Shown here piece by piece: positions 1 through 9,857 of a stretch of DNA of 64,000 nucleotides (positions are counted from its first letter, which is position 1; every line of letters begins with the position of its first letter). Origin of the DNA: Alistipes sp. (GTDB taxonomy: Bacteria; Bacteroidota; Bacteroidia; Bacteroidales; Rikenellaceae); assembly GCA_045541235.1 (NCBI GenBank), contig JAZQIS010000022.1, positions 8,762 through 72,761 on the forward strand, in the 5' to 3' direction. The position numbers and the translations under genes were made by a program. The notes beneath the pieces were generated by a model. It did not search any database. It had not been told where the DNA came from and worked only from the letters and a program-made list of their open reading frames with translations.

Positions 1-1095
1 TCCAAAACGACGATGTCCCACAACCTCAGGCTTTCCGAAGATTCGCATCTGAACACCCTCCTCCTCAAGAACCTTTTCGAGGTTTTCAAATTCAACCTTA
101 TCGGTGTCGCCTTCCACAACAACTGCCTTCGATGCGCTCGGCGCGATAAAGCGAACGGCCGGAATTGGCAAGCCCAAAACGGCGCGGGCGTGAAGTGCAA
201 ATTCGGATAAATCCTGAGATGCCATTGTTACCATTCCGGTATCGTGCGGACGAGGTGAAACTTCGCTGAAAATCACATCGTCACCCTTGATAAACATCTC
301 AACACCAAAGATTCCGTAACCGCCTAAAGCATCGGTAATTGTGCGAGCTACATCATGTGCTTTTTCTCTCGCCTTATCGCTCATTGGCTGAGGTTGCCAC
401 GATTCGCGATAGTCGCCATCTACCTGGTGATGGCCGATAGGCTCCAATAGCGTTGTTCCTCCAATATGACGCACTGTTAAGAGGGTTATTTCGTAGTCGA
501 AATCAACGAATCGTTCTACTATCACACGGCCTGCACCTGCGCGACCTCCCTCTTGTGCAATCTGCCAAGATTTGTCAATATCAGCCTCGCATTTGATTGT
601 CGATTGGCCGTGACCGGATGAACTCATAATCGGCTTTACAACACAAGGGATACCAATCTCTGCCACCGCCTGCTCAAACTCTTCGCGATTGTCGGCAAAG
701 CGATACTCTGTGGTTTTTAGCCCACACTCCTCCGCTGCTAAACGACGAATACCCTCGCGATTCATTGTGAGCCAAACAGCATTCGCTGTAGGGGCCACGC
801 GATAGCCCTCTTTCTCAAGTTCTACGAGTACAGGGGTCGCTATTGCCTCCACTTCGGGGATAATGATATCCGGCTTTTCTGTCTCGATAATCTCGCGAAG
901 TCGCTTGCCATCGAGCATTGAGAGAACATAGCTACGGTGCGCAACCTGCATTGCAGGGGCATTTTCGTAGCGATCGAGTGCAATAACTTCTACACCAAAG
1001 CGTTGCAACTCGAGTGCAACCTCTTTGCCGAGCTCTCCCGAGCCGCACAGAATAGCCTTTTTGGCAATTTTTGTAAGTGGAGTTCCAATCTTCAT
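1..1095 (-). CDS. purT: Formate-dependent phosphoribosylglycinamide formyltransferase (3' end runs off the window)
   Basis: Not in the ORF track; translated manually from ATG at 1095: [37 protein letters not shown]... The ATP-grasp motif [15 protein letters not shown] and GHRRFG lie near the window edge. Downstream of purA. Confidence 0.93.
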   Translation of the reverse strand, partial: MKIGTPLTKIAKKAILCGSGELGKEVALELQRFGVEVIALDRYENAPAMQVAHRSYVLSMLDGKRLREIIETEKPDIIIPEVEAIATPVLVELEKEGYRVAPTANAVWLTMNREGIRRLAAEECGLKTTEYRFADNREEFEQAVAEIGIPCVVKPIMSSSGHGQSTIKCEADIDKSWQIAQEGGRAGAGRVIVERFVDFDYEITLLTVRHIGGTTLLEPIGHHQVDGDYRESWQPQPMSDKAREKAHDVARTITDALGGYGIFGVEMFIKGDDVIFSEVSPRPHDTGMVTMASQDLSEFALHARAVLGLPIPAVRFIAPSASKAVVVEGDTDKVEFENLEKVLEEEGVQMRIFGKPEVVGHRRFG

Positions 1096-1128
1096 CGTTA
1101 TATCGGGTATTTTAGTTTTTTTGGTTCT

Positions 1129-2394
1129 TTATCGAATGATTGTTTCAGCGCGGTCAGGTCCTACCGAGATAATCTTTGCAGGAACACCTGTCTCCTGCTC
1201 GATAAACTCTACGTACTCCTTAAATTCCGCAGGGAAATCCTCATAACTACGAACGCCACATATGTCGCAGTTCCAGCCCTTAAACTCCTTATAAACAGGT
1301 ACAATATCGTCGGTACACTCGTAAGGGAAGTAGTCTAACTGCACGCCATTCAGCTCGTAGCCAACAGCGACTTTGATTGTCGAAAACTCATTCAACACAT
1401 CGCTCTTCATCATAATCAACTCGGTTACACCGTTCATCATAACGGTATATTTGAGTGCCACCAAGTCCAACCAGCCACAACGGCGAGGACGGCCTGTTGT
1501 AGCACCAAACTCATTGCCAATTTGTCGCAATGTCTCGCCTGTGGTATCAAACAACTCTGTTGGGAATGGTCCGCTACCAACACGAGTACAGTAGGCCTTG
1601 AAGATTCCATAAACATTACCAATGCGTGCCGGTGCAACGCCCAAACCGCTACAAACACCCGAGCAGAGTGTATTAGACGATGTAACGTATGGATATGTTC
1701 CGAAATCGATATCGAGCAACGATCCTTGTGCGCCCTCTGCCAAAATAGGAGTATCATTCTTGAGAGCCTCATTTACCAACTGCTCGCTATCAACGAACTT
1801 GAAGCGGCGCATAACCTCGATACCCTTGAACCACTCCTTCTCGTAAGCCGAAATGTCGTATGTGTAGGCGTATTGGCGCAACATATCCTCGTGCTTTGCC
1901 TTCAAGGTGTTGTAACGCTCCTCGAAATCCGGCATCAAAATATCGCCAACTCTCAAACCGTTACGACCGGTCTTGTCCATATAAGTCGGGCCGATACCCT
2001 TCAATGTCGAACCAATCTTGGTCTTGCCCTTGGCAGCCTCGCTTGCAGCGTCGAGCATACGGTGAGTCGGAAGAATGAGGTGAGCACGCTTCGATATAAC
2101 CATTCGCTCTGCAACATTTACCCCCATCTTCTCGATGTCGGCAATCTCCTCTGCAAGGATTACAGGGTCGATTACCACACCATTTCCGATAATGTTTGTA
2201 GCACCATCGCGGAATATTCCCGAGGGCACTGTGTGCAACACAAAACTTTTGCCCTCGAACTTCAATGAATGGCCGGCATTAGGGCCACCTTGAAAACGAG
2301 CAATCGCCTGATAATTAGGAGTCAATACATCGACTACTTTTCCTTTACCCTCGTCGCCCCACTGAAGGCCGAGTACTACATCTACTTTTTTCAT
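1129..2394 (-). CDS. purA: Adenylosuccinate synthetase
   Basis: QWGDEGKGK, GGPNAGH, EGAQG and GATTGRPRRCGWLD motifs; 421 aa. Confidence 0.98.
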   Translation of the reverse strand: MKKVDVVLGLQWGDEGKGKVVDVLTPNYQAIARFQGGPNAGHSLKFEGKSFVLHTVPSGIFRDGATNIIGNGVVIDPVILAEEIADIEKMGVNVAERMVISKRAHLILPTHRMLDAASEAAKGKTKIGSTLKGIGPTYMDKTGRNGLRVGDILMPDFEERYNTLKAKHEDMLRQYAYTYDISAYEKEWFKGIEVMRRFKFVDSEQLVNEALKNDTPILAEGAQGSLLDIDFGTYPYVTSSNTLCSGVCSGLGVAPARIGNVYGIFKAYCTRVGSGPFPTELFDTTGETLRQIGNEFGATTGRPRRCGWLDLVALKYTVMMNGVTELIMMKSDVLNEFSTIKVAVGYELNGVQLDYFPYECTDDIVPVYKEFKGWNCDICGVRSYEDFPAEFKEYVEFIEQETGVPAKIISVGPDRAETIIR

Positions 2395-2557
2395 TTTATT
2401 TTGAGTTATTGTTGTATTCGCATTTTCGGTTGTAAAATTACTCTTTTCTACTTATTTAATATATATAATTTATTTCGCACTTATTAACATTTTTTCAACC
2501 TAACGCATATTGCGATATATTTTCAAAAAAAAATATTGCAGTTTCAGAAAAAATGGT

Positions 2558-2565
2558 TACCTTTG
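2558..2565 (+). promoter_or_regulatory. Bacteroidota sigma-A -7 box upstream of tRNA-Gln
   Basis: TACCTTTG matches TAnnTTTG, about 22 nt before the tRNA. Confidence 0.6.
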
Positions 2566-2587
2566 CAACCGCTTACGAGCAACGGAT

Positions 2588-2658
2588 TGAGCTGTGGTGT
2601 AATGGTAACACAGCAGATTTTGGTTCTGTCGTTCTGGGTTCGAGTCCCGGCAGCTCAA
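2588..2658 (+). tRNA. tRNA-Gln (anticodon TTG), CCA not encoded
   Basis: Acceptor stem TGAGCTG/CAGCTCA, D-arm GGTGTAATGGTAACAC, anticodon arm GCAGA-TTTTGGT-TCTGT, T-arm CTGGG-TTCGAGT-CCCGG. Confidence 0.95.
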
Positions 2659-2700
2659 CACAAGAATAGGAGGTCTGGTGACCTCCTATTCTTGTGTTGA
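2655..2700. terminator. 21-bp perfect inverted repeat between convergent tRNA-Gln and the DUF4294 gene
   Basis: TCAACACAAGAATAGGAGGTC-tggt-GACCTCCTATTCTTGTGTTGA. Confidence 0.7.
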
Positions 2701-2710
2701 TACACGGCTG

Positions 2711-3289
2711 CTACAGCCATCCCATTTCGTAATAGACAACAATTTGTTCAAGTAGTCTGTCGCGTGTTTCGGGCTGATAGTCAAGCTTTAAGTTATTGCC
2801 AAACAGCTTGGCCATAGCCTGCCAAAAGCCCGCAACAAAACCGCCACGAAAATCTTTTATTATCTGAAAAGCCGTAAAACTTGTCTCCCTATCAATCAGC
2901 TTGAGCAACACCTTACCTTCCGAGAATGTCATTCTTAGGATTACAGGCTTATATTGTTTCACAAGCCTCTTCTGCATCTCTTTAGTTAGTCGTTGCTGCT
3001 CTTTAGGGTCCTTTACGGCAAGGAGTTGCTGCTCCATGTTATCCATCTCGGCACGCACCTGCTTGGCCAAAGGATATACCTTTCGCACAATTCTTATAAG
3101 TCGCTGGTGGCGACGCATATCAAGCCTTCTCGAGTACTTATATACAGGTAAAATATGAATAAGAGGTATTGTATCTCCCTTATCGACTGTCCACTCTTGA
3201 TGCCAAAAGCCACGACTACGCCGCTGTGCCATAGCAATAGGCGTAGCCACAAAGAGCAGCAATAGGAGTATGATAATACGGTTTTTCAT
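2711..3289 (-). CDS. DUF4294-like exported protein
   Basis: Signal peptide; GDTIP, KVYPLAK, GKVLLKLIDRET and FWQAMAKLFGNNLKLDY motifs typical of this Bacteroidota family. Confidence 0.75.
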   Translation of the reverse strand: MKNRIIILLLLLFVATPIAMAQRRSRGFWHQEWTVDKGDTIPLIHILPVYKYSRRLDMRRHQRLIRIVRKVYPLAKQVRAEMDNMEQQLLAVKDPKEQQRLTKEMQKRLVKQYKPVILRMTFSEGKVLLKLIDRETSFTAFQIIKDFRGGFVAGFWQAMAKLFGNNLKLDYQPETRDRLLEQIVVYYEMGWL

Positions 3290-3357
3290 ATTTCTTTGTG
3301 CAAATATAACGATTTAGTGCAAAATTTGAGTATCTTTGTATCATAAAAATTTCATTT

Positions 3358-3729
3358 ATGGATACAGGATTATCATTTACCGCAACTATGCGTGTCACAC
3401 CCGAGGTGACCGCTGAATATATCGGCTCGGGAGATTTGGCCGTACTCGCAACCCCTGCAATGTGCGCCTTGATGGAGAATGCCGCAATGATGGCTGTGGC
3501 ACCCCATCTGGAGGAGGGACAAACAACTGTCGGAACAGCCCTGAATATAGAACATTCGCGAGCTACAAAAGTAGGTGATATAATTACCGCAACTGCGGTA
3601 TTGACAGAGGTTAATGGTCGCGAACTTAAGTTTAATATAGCTGCTCGCGACGAGGTAGGTGTGATAGGCGAAGGCACCCATACCCGCTTTGTCGTAAACC
3701 GAGAAAAATTTATGTCCAAACTAAAATAA
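3358..3729 (+). CDS. Hotdog-fold thioesterase (fluoroacetyl-CoA thioesterase/FlK-like)
   Basis: VLATPAMCALMENAA, TVGTALNIEH and GEGTHTRF motifs; TATCTTTG box at 3331-3338. Confidence 0.85.
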   Translation: MDTGLSFTATMRVTPEVTAEYIGSGDLAVLATPAMCALMENAAMMAVAPHLEEGQTTVGTALNIEHSRATKVGDIITATAVLTEVNGRELKFNIAARDEVGVIGEGTHTRFVVNREKFMSKLK

Positions 3730-3741
3730 AAGCACAAAAAA

Positions 3742-4902
3742 ATGAGACGACTCTTTACGCTTTTGCTTGCAGTCTGCGCTCTTGTTGCGTGTGGCAACAA
3801 TGAGGAGCAGAAGCGAGATTATTATGTTGCGGCCTACATATGGCCTTCGTGCCACGACGATGCCATGGCTCGCGAGTATTTATGGCCCGATGGAGAGGGC
3901 GAATGGGAGGTTATCAAGAAGGGAAATCCTCGCTTTGAAGGGCACTACCAGCCACGTTTGCCATATTGGGGCTATGAGCATGACAACGACCCTGTTGTTG
4001 TAGAGAAGTGGATTAACACAGCTCTCGAATACGGCGTAAACACCTTTGTTTACGATTGGTATTGGTTTGATGGTAAGCCATTCTTGGAGAGTGCGCTCAA
4101 CGATGGATTTTTGAAGGCTCCAAGCAATGAGAAGATGAATTTCTATATTATGTGGGCGAACCACGACGTTAAAAAGAACTATTGGAACTACCACCGCTAC
4201 GGAGACGATGATTCGCAACTGTGGACCGGGTGCGTTGATAGAGAGACGTTTGAGGTTATCGTAGAGCGTGTTATCCGCCAATACTTCTCGCGACCTAACT
4301 ACCTGAAGATTGATGGTTGTCCTATTTTCGGAATCTTCAGTATGAGTCGCTTTATCAAGGGGTTAGGCGGAGAGGAGCAGGCTTGCGAGGCTATCGCCTA
4401 CTTCCGTCAAAAGGTTCGTGAGGCAGGTTTCCCTGACGTCCACATTCAGTCTATGACAGGAGGACCATCCGACCCATCGCCGCAGAAACTCGACAAACTC
4501 ATAGCACGCACGAAGGCTGTTGGTGCAAACAGCTGCGCATTGTATAATATGGGCGGTTTTGATGTTGATTACAAGGTGCATTGCGAGAATGCGGAAGCTA
4601 TTCGCGCGAGTCTCGACAAACACCTTGACGTGCCGGTATATCCTTGTGTGTCAATAGGCTGGGATGATACTCCCCGATTCCCAAAGAAGGGGGCTGACGA
4701 TGTTACACGCATCAACGGAACTCCTGAAAACTTCGCTGCAGCATTGCGACTTGCGAAGCAATACGTGGATGAGCACCCCGAACAGTTCCCTCTCATAACA
4801 ATAAATGCCTGGAACGAGTGGGTCGAGGGCAGTTATTTGCTCCCTGACAAGGTAAATGGCTTCGGTTATTTGGAGGCTGTAAAATCGGTGATGCAGGAGT
4901 AG
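3742..4902 (+). CDS. GH99-like / WbsX-family glycoside hydrolase lipoprotein
   Basis: Lipobox LVAC; YDWYW, MWANHD, GWDDTPR and INAWNEWVEGSYL motifs. Confidence 0.8.
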   Translation: MRRLFTLLLAVCALVACGNNEEQKRDYYVAAYIWPSCHDDAMAREYLWPDGEGEWEVIKKGNPRFEGHYQPRLPYWGYEHDNDPVVVEKWINTALEYGVNTFVYDWYWFDGKPFLESALNDGFLKAPSNEKMNFYIMWANHDVKKNYWNYHRYGDDDSQLWTGCVDRETFEVIVERVIRQYFSRPNYLKIDGCPIFGIFSMSRFIKGLGGEEQACEAIAYFRQKVREAGFPDVHIQSMTGGPSDPSPQKLDKLIARTKAVGANSCALYNMGGFDVDYKVHCENAEAIRASLDKHLDVPVYPCVSIGWDDTPRFPKKGADDVTRINGTPENFAAALRLAKQYVDEHPEQFPLITINAWNEWVEGSYLLPDKVNGFGYLEAVKSVMQE

Positions 4903-4916
4903 AATAATGAACCAGC

Positions 4917-4959
4917 AAACAATAAAGTGGAGAGGTTGCGCCCCTCCACTTTATTGTTT
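4917..4959. terminator. Bidirectional intrinsic terminator
   Basis: AAACAATAAAGTGGAG...CTCCACTTTATTGTTT between convergent genes. Confidence 0.75.
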
Positions 4960-4973
4960 TTTACAACCTAATT

Positions 4974-7217
4974 CTATTTTATAGTTATTATATGCTCTCC
5001 TTCTGATAATAAGAGGGTTGTGTTTGATACCTCGTTTCTAATACGAAGTTCGGAATAGCCGTGCGGCAGACGCACTTCTGCTTGAGTTAAGGCCGGAACT
5101 GTAAGGTTAATCAAAAGGCCACCACCCCTCTTTTCCGCCCGCATCTCTATATTTCCGAAGTAGGTAGGGACAACACTCTCAACAAAATTGAGTGTGGCCA
5201 AGTTTGGCTCTACCGAGAACTTTCTATACTCGGGCTCAATAGGTGCTATACCTGCGATATATTGCGATAGAATAATCAATCCTCCACCACTCCAAGCATG
5301 GTTGTAGGTTCCGTGGCCACTCTTATAGGTCATACCGCGACCACCTGTGTATTCCCAACCTTCCCATAGCGTTGTGTATTTGGCAGCGACCATCTCGCCA
5401 AAGCGCTTTTCCATACGCTCTAAGGCATCATCATAGTAACCCATCTTGCACAATGCCTCCAGCACATACTTCTCCATATAAGTACTCGACTGATAGTACT
5501 TTTTGAAGAAATTACGCATTGCCTCGTATCTCTCTCTCGGAACAAACCCTGCCAATACTGCCATAGCTTGTACTCTATCGTCTGGCTCGTCACGATATTC
5601 GGGAGTACGATAGCATTGTAACTCCTTGTTCCAGTAGCGTTTATTAAAAGCACCTACCATCTTGTCGTGGTTCTGTTCCGCAAACATCGCATCGGTGTTG
5701 TGTCTCGTAACACGAGCTTGTTTAGCAAATCCCTTTAATGCAATGGCATACCAACACTGCTGAAGAGCCTCCTGGTCGATATTTGTGCCCCAATCACCCC
5801 AGAACCATCCGCCTTTTCGGAGATCAACCAACTCCTTATTTGACGGATTCCACACATCAAATAGATAGCGTTTTACACGATTATAAACCTCGTCGATTAT
5901 TGACGCATCTCCTGTCTGCAAATAGTAGTTGTAAAAGCCATATTCGCTGACTGCAGCCAACATTTGACAAGGCAACTCCTGCATAAATGAACCAGGTATC
6001 GGCGAGTATATTGTACCATCCTCTCGTTGGTGCATCATAAGTTCGGATATAGCTTTTCTTGTAAGCATATGTGCACGACTATCAAACACATAGCCCGCTT
6101 GACCTAATTCGATTACCACATCGCCCCACCATTGGCCACGCTCGCGGTCCGGACAATCCATATATGTATCACGCATATTTACATATAACGTACGTTTTGC
6201 CTTCTCCCACAGCTTGTTACAGAACTCGTTGTCGCTTTTGAAGGAGCCTATAAAGTCAGTATCATATCCACTCTCGCGATACTTTACATCAAGCACTTCA
6301 ACTCCCTCTGGGATAAAGTATAGCACCTCGTGTCCATTAGTCCAAATAGGCGTTTCAAACTCCTGTTCGCCCTCGCGAGCGATATACTCTGTATAGAACG
6401 AGCAGGCGGGTCCAATCCAATAATCATCGGTGCAAATCTTAATTTTCTCGCCTCCTTTCGCACGCAACTTGATATATGGCGTTACTTGGGCGTTATACGG
6501 AAGTTTACAAACCAGCTCCTCGCCCTTCTGCTCAACACTTTCGTATGTGCGCAATTCGCTCCAACGCCAGAATGGAATAGGACGTATTACAAGCTCGCCC
6601 CAATCCGACCTATCTCGCTCTACTTCAACAGCTTCGCTCCAATCATCCGAATCTACGCTTTTTGAGAAATCGATAGCCTTGCGGGCATCATATCCTACAT
6701 TTGCTCCGGCCAAACGATACTTGCGGAAGCCCACTAAATTATCCTCCCTTTTAGCACCCCACATAGCATCGTAGTGCATTGCTTTCCACGAGTCATCGCT
6801 GGAGATATGATCGAGCGAAGAACTTAAATCAAAGTATAAGCCTGGAGTGGCTGTAACCCTGTGGCTGAATGAGTTACGTCCATAATACTGCACCAATACA
6901 ACGACCTCATTTTTACCAAATTTAAGGTTATTTACATTTGTAACAATATCGCAATAGGTATCATTTGGGGTAGGTCCGCGTTTCAGCCCGCCCTCGCGCA
7001 CTACCAGTTCGCCATTAACCCACAGCCAATATTTTGTATCGGCAGCAATTCTAAGTTCGGCATTGTTCGGCCACAACATAGTAAACTCCTTGTGGAAGCA
7101 CAACCAATCGCCATCAGCAATAGCCTCAGCCGTCGTAATAATCTGCGCCTCCCGCTTTGAGCAGGATATACAAAGCAGAGATGCAAGCAAAATTATGGAA
7201 ATGAAACACCTTTTCAT
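4974..7217 (-). CDS. Alpha-L-rhamnosidase-like glycoside hydrolase (GH78 family), probable lipoprotein
   Basis: YMDCPDRERGQWWGD, TTLWEGW and NHAWSGG motifs. Start moved to MKRCFISII (7217) because the longer ORF overlaps ffh. Confidence 0.82.
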   Translation of the reverse strand: MKRCFISIILLASLLCISCSKREAQIITTAEAIADGDWLCFHKEFTMLWPNNAELRIAADTKYWLWVNGELVVREGGLKRGPTPNDTYCDIVTNVNNLKFGKNEVVVLVQYYGRNSFSHRVTATPGLYFDLSSSLDHISSDDSWKAMHYDAMWGAKREDNLVGFRKYRLAGANVGYDARKAIDFSKSVDSDDWSEAVEVERDRSDWGELVIRPIPFWRWSELRTYESVEQKGEELVCKLPYNAQVTPYIKLRAKGGEKIKICTDDYWIGPACSFYTEYIAREGEQEFETPIWTNGHEVLYFIPEGVEVLDVKYRESGYDTDFIGSFKSDNEFCNKLWEKAKRTLYVNMRDTYMDCPDRERGQWWGDVVIELGQAGYVFDSRAHMLTRKAISELMMHQREDGTIYSPIPGSFMQELPCQMLAAVSEYGFYNYYLQTGDASIIDEVYNRVKRYLFDVWNPSNKELVDLRKGGWFWGDWGTNIDQEALQQCWYAIALKGFAKQARVTRHNTDAMFAEQNHDKMVGAFNKRYWNKELQCYRTPEYRDEPDDRVQAMAVLAGFVPRERYEAMRNFFKKYYQSSTYMEKYVLEALCKMGYYDDALERMEKRFGEMVAAKYTTLWEGWEYTGGRGMTYKSGHGTYNHAWSGGGLIILSQYIAGIAPIEPEYRKFSVEPNLATLNFVESVVPTYFGNIEMRAEKRGGGLLINLTVPALTQAEVRLPHGYSELRIRNEVSNTTLLLSEGEHIITIK

Positions 7218-7344
7218 AGAAGACATTCTTTGTTTGTCTGCAAATATAGAGATTATTTTTCTCATTCCACCTCTCTTGCTGGTGAAAAATATAAATATTT
7301 TTAGTATCTTCGCGGCGAAATATAGAGAACTAAAAATAAAAGAT

Positions 7345-8673
7345 ATGTTTGAGAAACTTACAGACCGCCTTGAGAGGTCGTTCAAAATTCTTAAAGGCCA
7401 GGGGCGCATTACAGAGATTAATGTTGCAGAGTCGCTTAAAGAGATTCGCCGTGCATTGATTGATGCCGACGTAAACTACAAAGTTGCAAAATCATTTACC
7501 GACGAGGTTAAGCAGAAGGCTCTTGGTCAAAACGTTCTCACGGCTGTCAGTCCCGGCCAGATGATGACAAAGATTGTCCGTGATGAATTGGCGATATTGA
7601 TGGGTGGTGCGGCTACCGATATCAAGCTCGAGGGCAATCCCGCCATCATCCTTATTGCAGGTTTGCAGGGTTCTGGTAAGACCACTTTCTCGGGCAAATT
7701 GGCCAATTTCATAAAGAGCAAGAAGGGCCGTCAGGTGCTACTCGTTGCGGGCGACGTTTATCGTCCTGCCGCTATCGACCAGTTGAAAATTCTTGGCGAG
7801 CAGATTGGCGTACCTGTCTATACCGAGGCCGGCAATCAAAACCCTGTTGAAATTGCCGAGAATGCAATTAAACACGCTCGGCAAAACAATTACAATGTGG
7901 TAATTGTCGATACCGCAGGTCGTTTGGCTGTAGATGAGGCGATGATGCAGGAGATTACAGAGATTAAGGCAACCATTAACCCTTGCGAAACGCTCTTTGT
8001 TGTCGATTCGATGACAGGTCAGGATGCCGTAAATACAGCTCGTGAGTTTAACGATCGTCTTGATTTCGATGGAGTTGTACTTACAAAGCTCGATGGCGAC
8101 ACTCGTGGCGGTGCTGCGATTTCGATTCGTTCGGTTGTGAATAAACCGCTGAAATTTATTTCGAGTGGCGAGAAGATGGATGCCCTTCAGGTGTTCCACC
8201 CCGAGCGTATGGCAGACCGTATTCTCGGCATGGGTGACGTTGTTTCTCTCGTTGAGCGCGCACAGCAACAATATGATGAGCAGGAGGCTCGTCGTCTTAC
8301 CAAGAAGGTAATGACCAATAAGTTCGATTTCAACGACTTCCTTTCGCAAATTCAACAGGTCAAGAAACTCGGAAACCTCAAGGACGTAGCCTCGATGATT
8401 CCGGGAATGGGCAAGATGTTGCGCGATGTGGAGATTGGCGATGATGTATTCAAGCAGACCGAAGCAATTATCGGCTCGATGACACCGCTTGAGCGCGAAA
8501 AACCGGATATTATAAATGCTCGTCGTCGCGAGCGTATTGCAAAGGGCTCGGGAACAACGATGGCAGATGTCAATCGATTGATGAAGCAGTTTGAGGATAT
8601 GCGCAAGATGATGAAGGTTGTATCAAGTGGCAAGATGAGAATGCCAAAGGGTATGCCTAAAATGAGAAGATAG
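7345..8673 (+). CDS. ffh: Signal recognition particle protein
   Basis: MFEKLTDRL start; GLQGSGKTT, DTAGR and TKLDGDTRGGAA motifs; Met-rich M domain. Confidence 0.98.
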   Translation: MFEKLTDRLERSFKILKGQGRITEINVAESLKEIRRALIDADVNYKVAKSFTDEVKQKALGQNVLTAVSPGQMMTKIVRDELAILMGGAATDIKLEGNPAIILIAGLQGSGKTTFSGKLANFIKSKKGRQVLLVAGDVYRPAAIDQLKILGEQIGVPVYTEAGNQNPVEIAENAIKHARQNNYNVVIVDTAGRLAVDEAMMQEITEIKATINPCETLFVVDSMTGQDAVNTAREFNDRLDFDGVVLTKLDGDTRGGAAISIRSVVNKPLKFISSGEKMDALQVFHPERMADRILGMGDVVSLVERAQQQYDEQEARRLTKKVMTNKFDFNDFLSQIQQVKKLGNLKDVASMIPGMGKMLRDVEIGDDVFKQTEAIIGSMTPLEREKPDIINARRRERIAKGSGTTMADVNRLMKQFEDMRKMMKVVSSGKMRMPKGMPKMRR

Positions 8674-8704
8674 CCCCACTATCCGAATAGACAGTTAATA
8701 TGCT

Positions 8705-8935
8705 CCATATGCGGCCATTGCATTGGAGTTGGAGGATGGTTGACTATAAATCGAGGGAGAGCTCTTTTATGACATCGAGCGCGATGTGGAGTGTGAGCAC
8801 TTCACCTTCGACCAAGTCATTTCATAGAGGCAGGTCCGAATACCAAAATCAAGGCGTGTAGCCCTACTTAACATCTTCCATACTTTCGATGGAGGCATAT
8901 ATAGTCTCTACAATCATATTGAGGTGGCGGCTTGA
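8705..8935 (+). pseudogene. Possible decayed ORF remnant between ffh and era
   Basis: One frame reads PYAAIALELEDG*L*IEGELFYDIERDVECEHFTFDQVIS*RQVR...NHIEVAA* with host-like codons and three internal stops. No family recognised. Confidence 0.25.
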
Positions 8936-8969
8936 GTATTTATATTTTGCACGCAAAAAACAGATTTAG

Positions 8970-9854
8970 ATGCATAAGAGTGGTTTTGTAAATATTATCG
9001 GTAATCCGAATGTCGGAAAATCGACACTGATGAATGCGCTTGTAGGCGAGAGATTGTCTATAATAACATCGAAGGCGCAAACTACGCGCCATCGTATTAT
9101 GGGCATAGTGAATGGTGACGATTTCCAAATTGTATATTCCGACACCCCCGGAATCTTAAAACCTGCATACAAATTGCAGGAGTCCATGATGAACTTCGTA
9201 CGCGGTGCGGTAAGCGATGCCGATGTTATTCTCTATGTAACCGATACTGTCGAGGAGGAGAGTGAACGTAACGCCAATATTATTGGAAAGATAGCCGCAA
9301 GTGCTATTCCGACAATATTGGTTGTAAATAAGATAGACCTTACAACTCAAGTAAAACTTGAGCAGATTGTTGCCGCATGGCACAAGCGTCTTCCTGAGGC
9401 TGTCATCATTCCGGCATCCGCAAAGGAACAATTCAACATAGAGGCCATTTTCTCGAAAATTCTCGAGTTGCTCCCCGAAGGAGAGCCCTACTATCCTAAG
9501 GATACATTGACAGACAAAACCCTACGTTTTTTCGCTTCCGAAATTATTCGCGAGAAGATTCTAACAAACTACGACAAGGAGATACCCTACTGCTGCGAGA
9601 TAGAGATAGACTCCTACAAGGAGGAGCCAACCATCGACCGCATTGCTGCGACGATATATGTTTCGCGCAACTCGCAGAAGGGTATTGTAATCGGACATAA
9701 GGGCGAAAGACTTAAGAAGGTTGGTCAGCAAGCTCGTGCAGACATTGAGGCGTTCCTCGGCAAAAAGGTCTTTCTACAACTCTTTGTTAAGGTTAATGAC
9801 GATTGGCGAAACAACGATCGTCAGCTGAGTCGATTTGGCTATAACGACATATAA
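8970..9854 (+). CDS. era: GTPase Era
   Basis: GNPNVGKST, QTTR, DTPG and NKID motifs; KH domain IVIGHKGERLK. Confidence 0.97.
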   Translation: MHKSGFVNIIGNPNVGKSTLMNALVGERLSIITSKAQTTRHRIMGIVNGDDFQIVYSDTPGILKPAYKLQESMMNFVRGAVSDADVILYVTDTVEEESERNANIIGKIAASAIPTILVVNKIDLTTQVKLEQIVAAWHKRLPEAVIIPASAKEQFNIEAIFSKILELLPEGEPYYPKDTLTDKTLRFFASEIIREKILTNYDKEIPYCCEIEIDSYKEEPTIDRIAATIYVSRNSQKGIVIGHKGERLKKVGQQARADIEAFLGKKVFLQLFVKVNDDWRNNDRQLSRFGYNDI

Positions 9855-9857
9855 AAT

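Noticed and set aside
7218-7409. Overlapping N-terminal extensions of the GH78 ORF (to 7409) and ffh (from 7063)
   Set aside because: Artefacts of longest-ORF calling; better starts at 7217 and 7345 leave a normal divergent promoter region.
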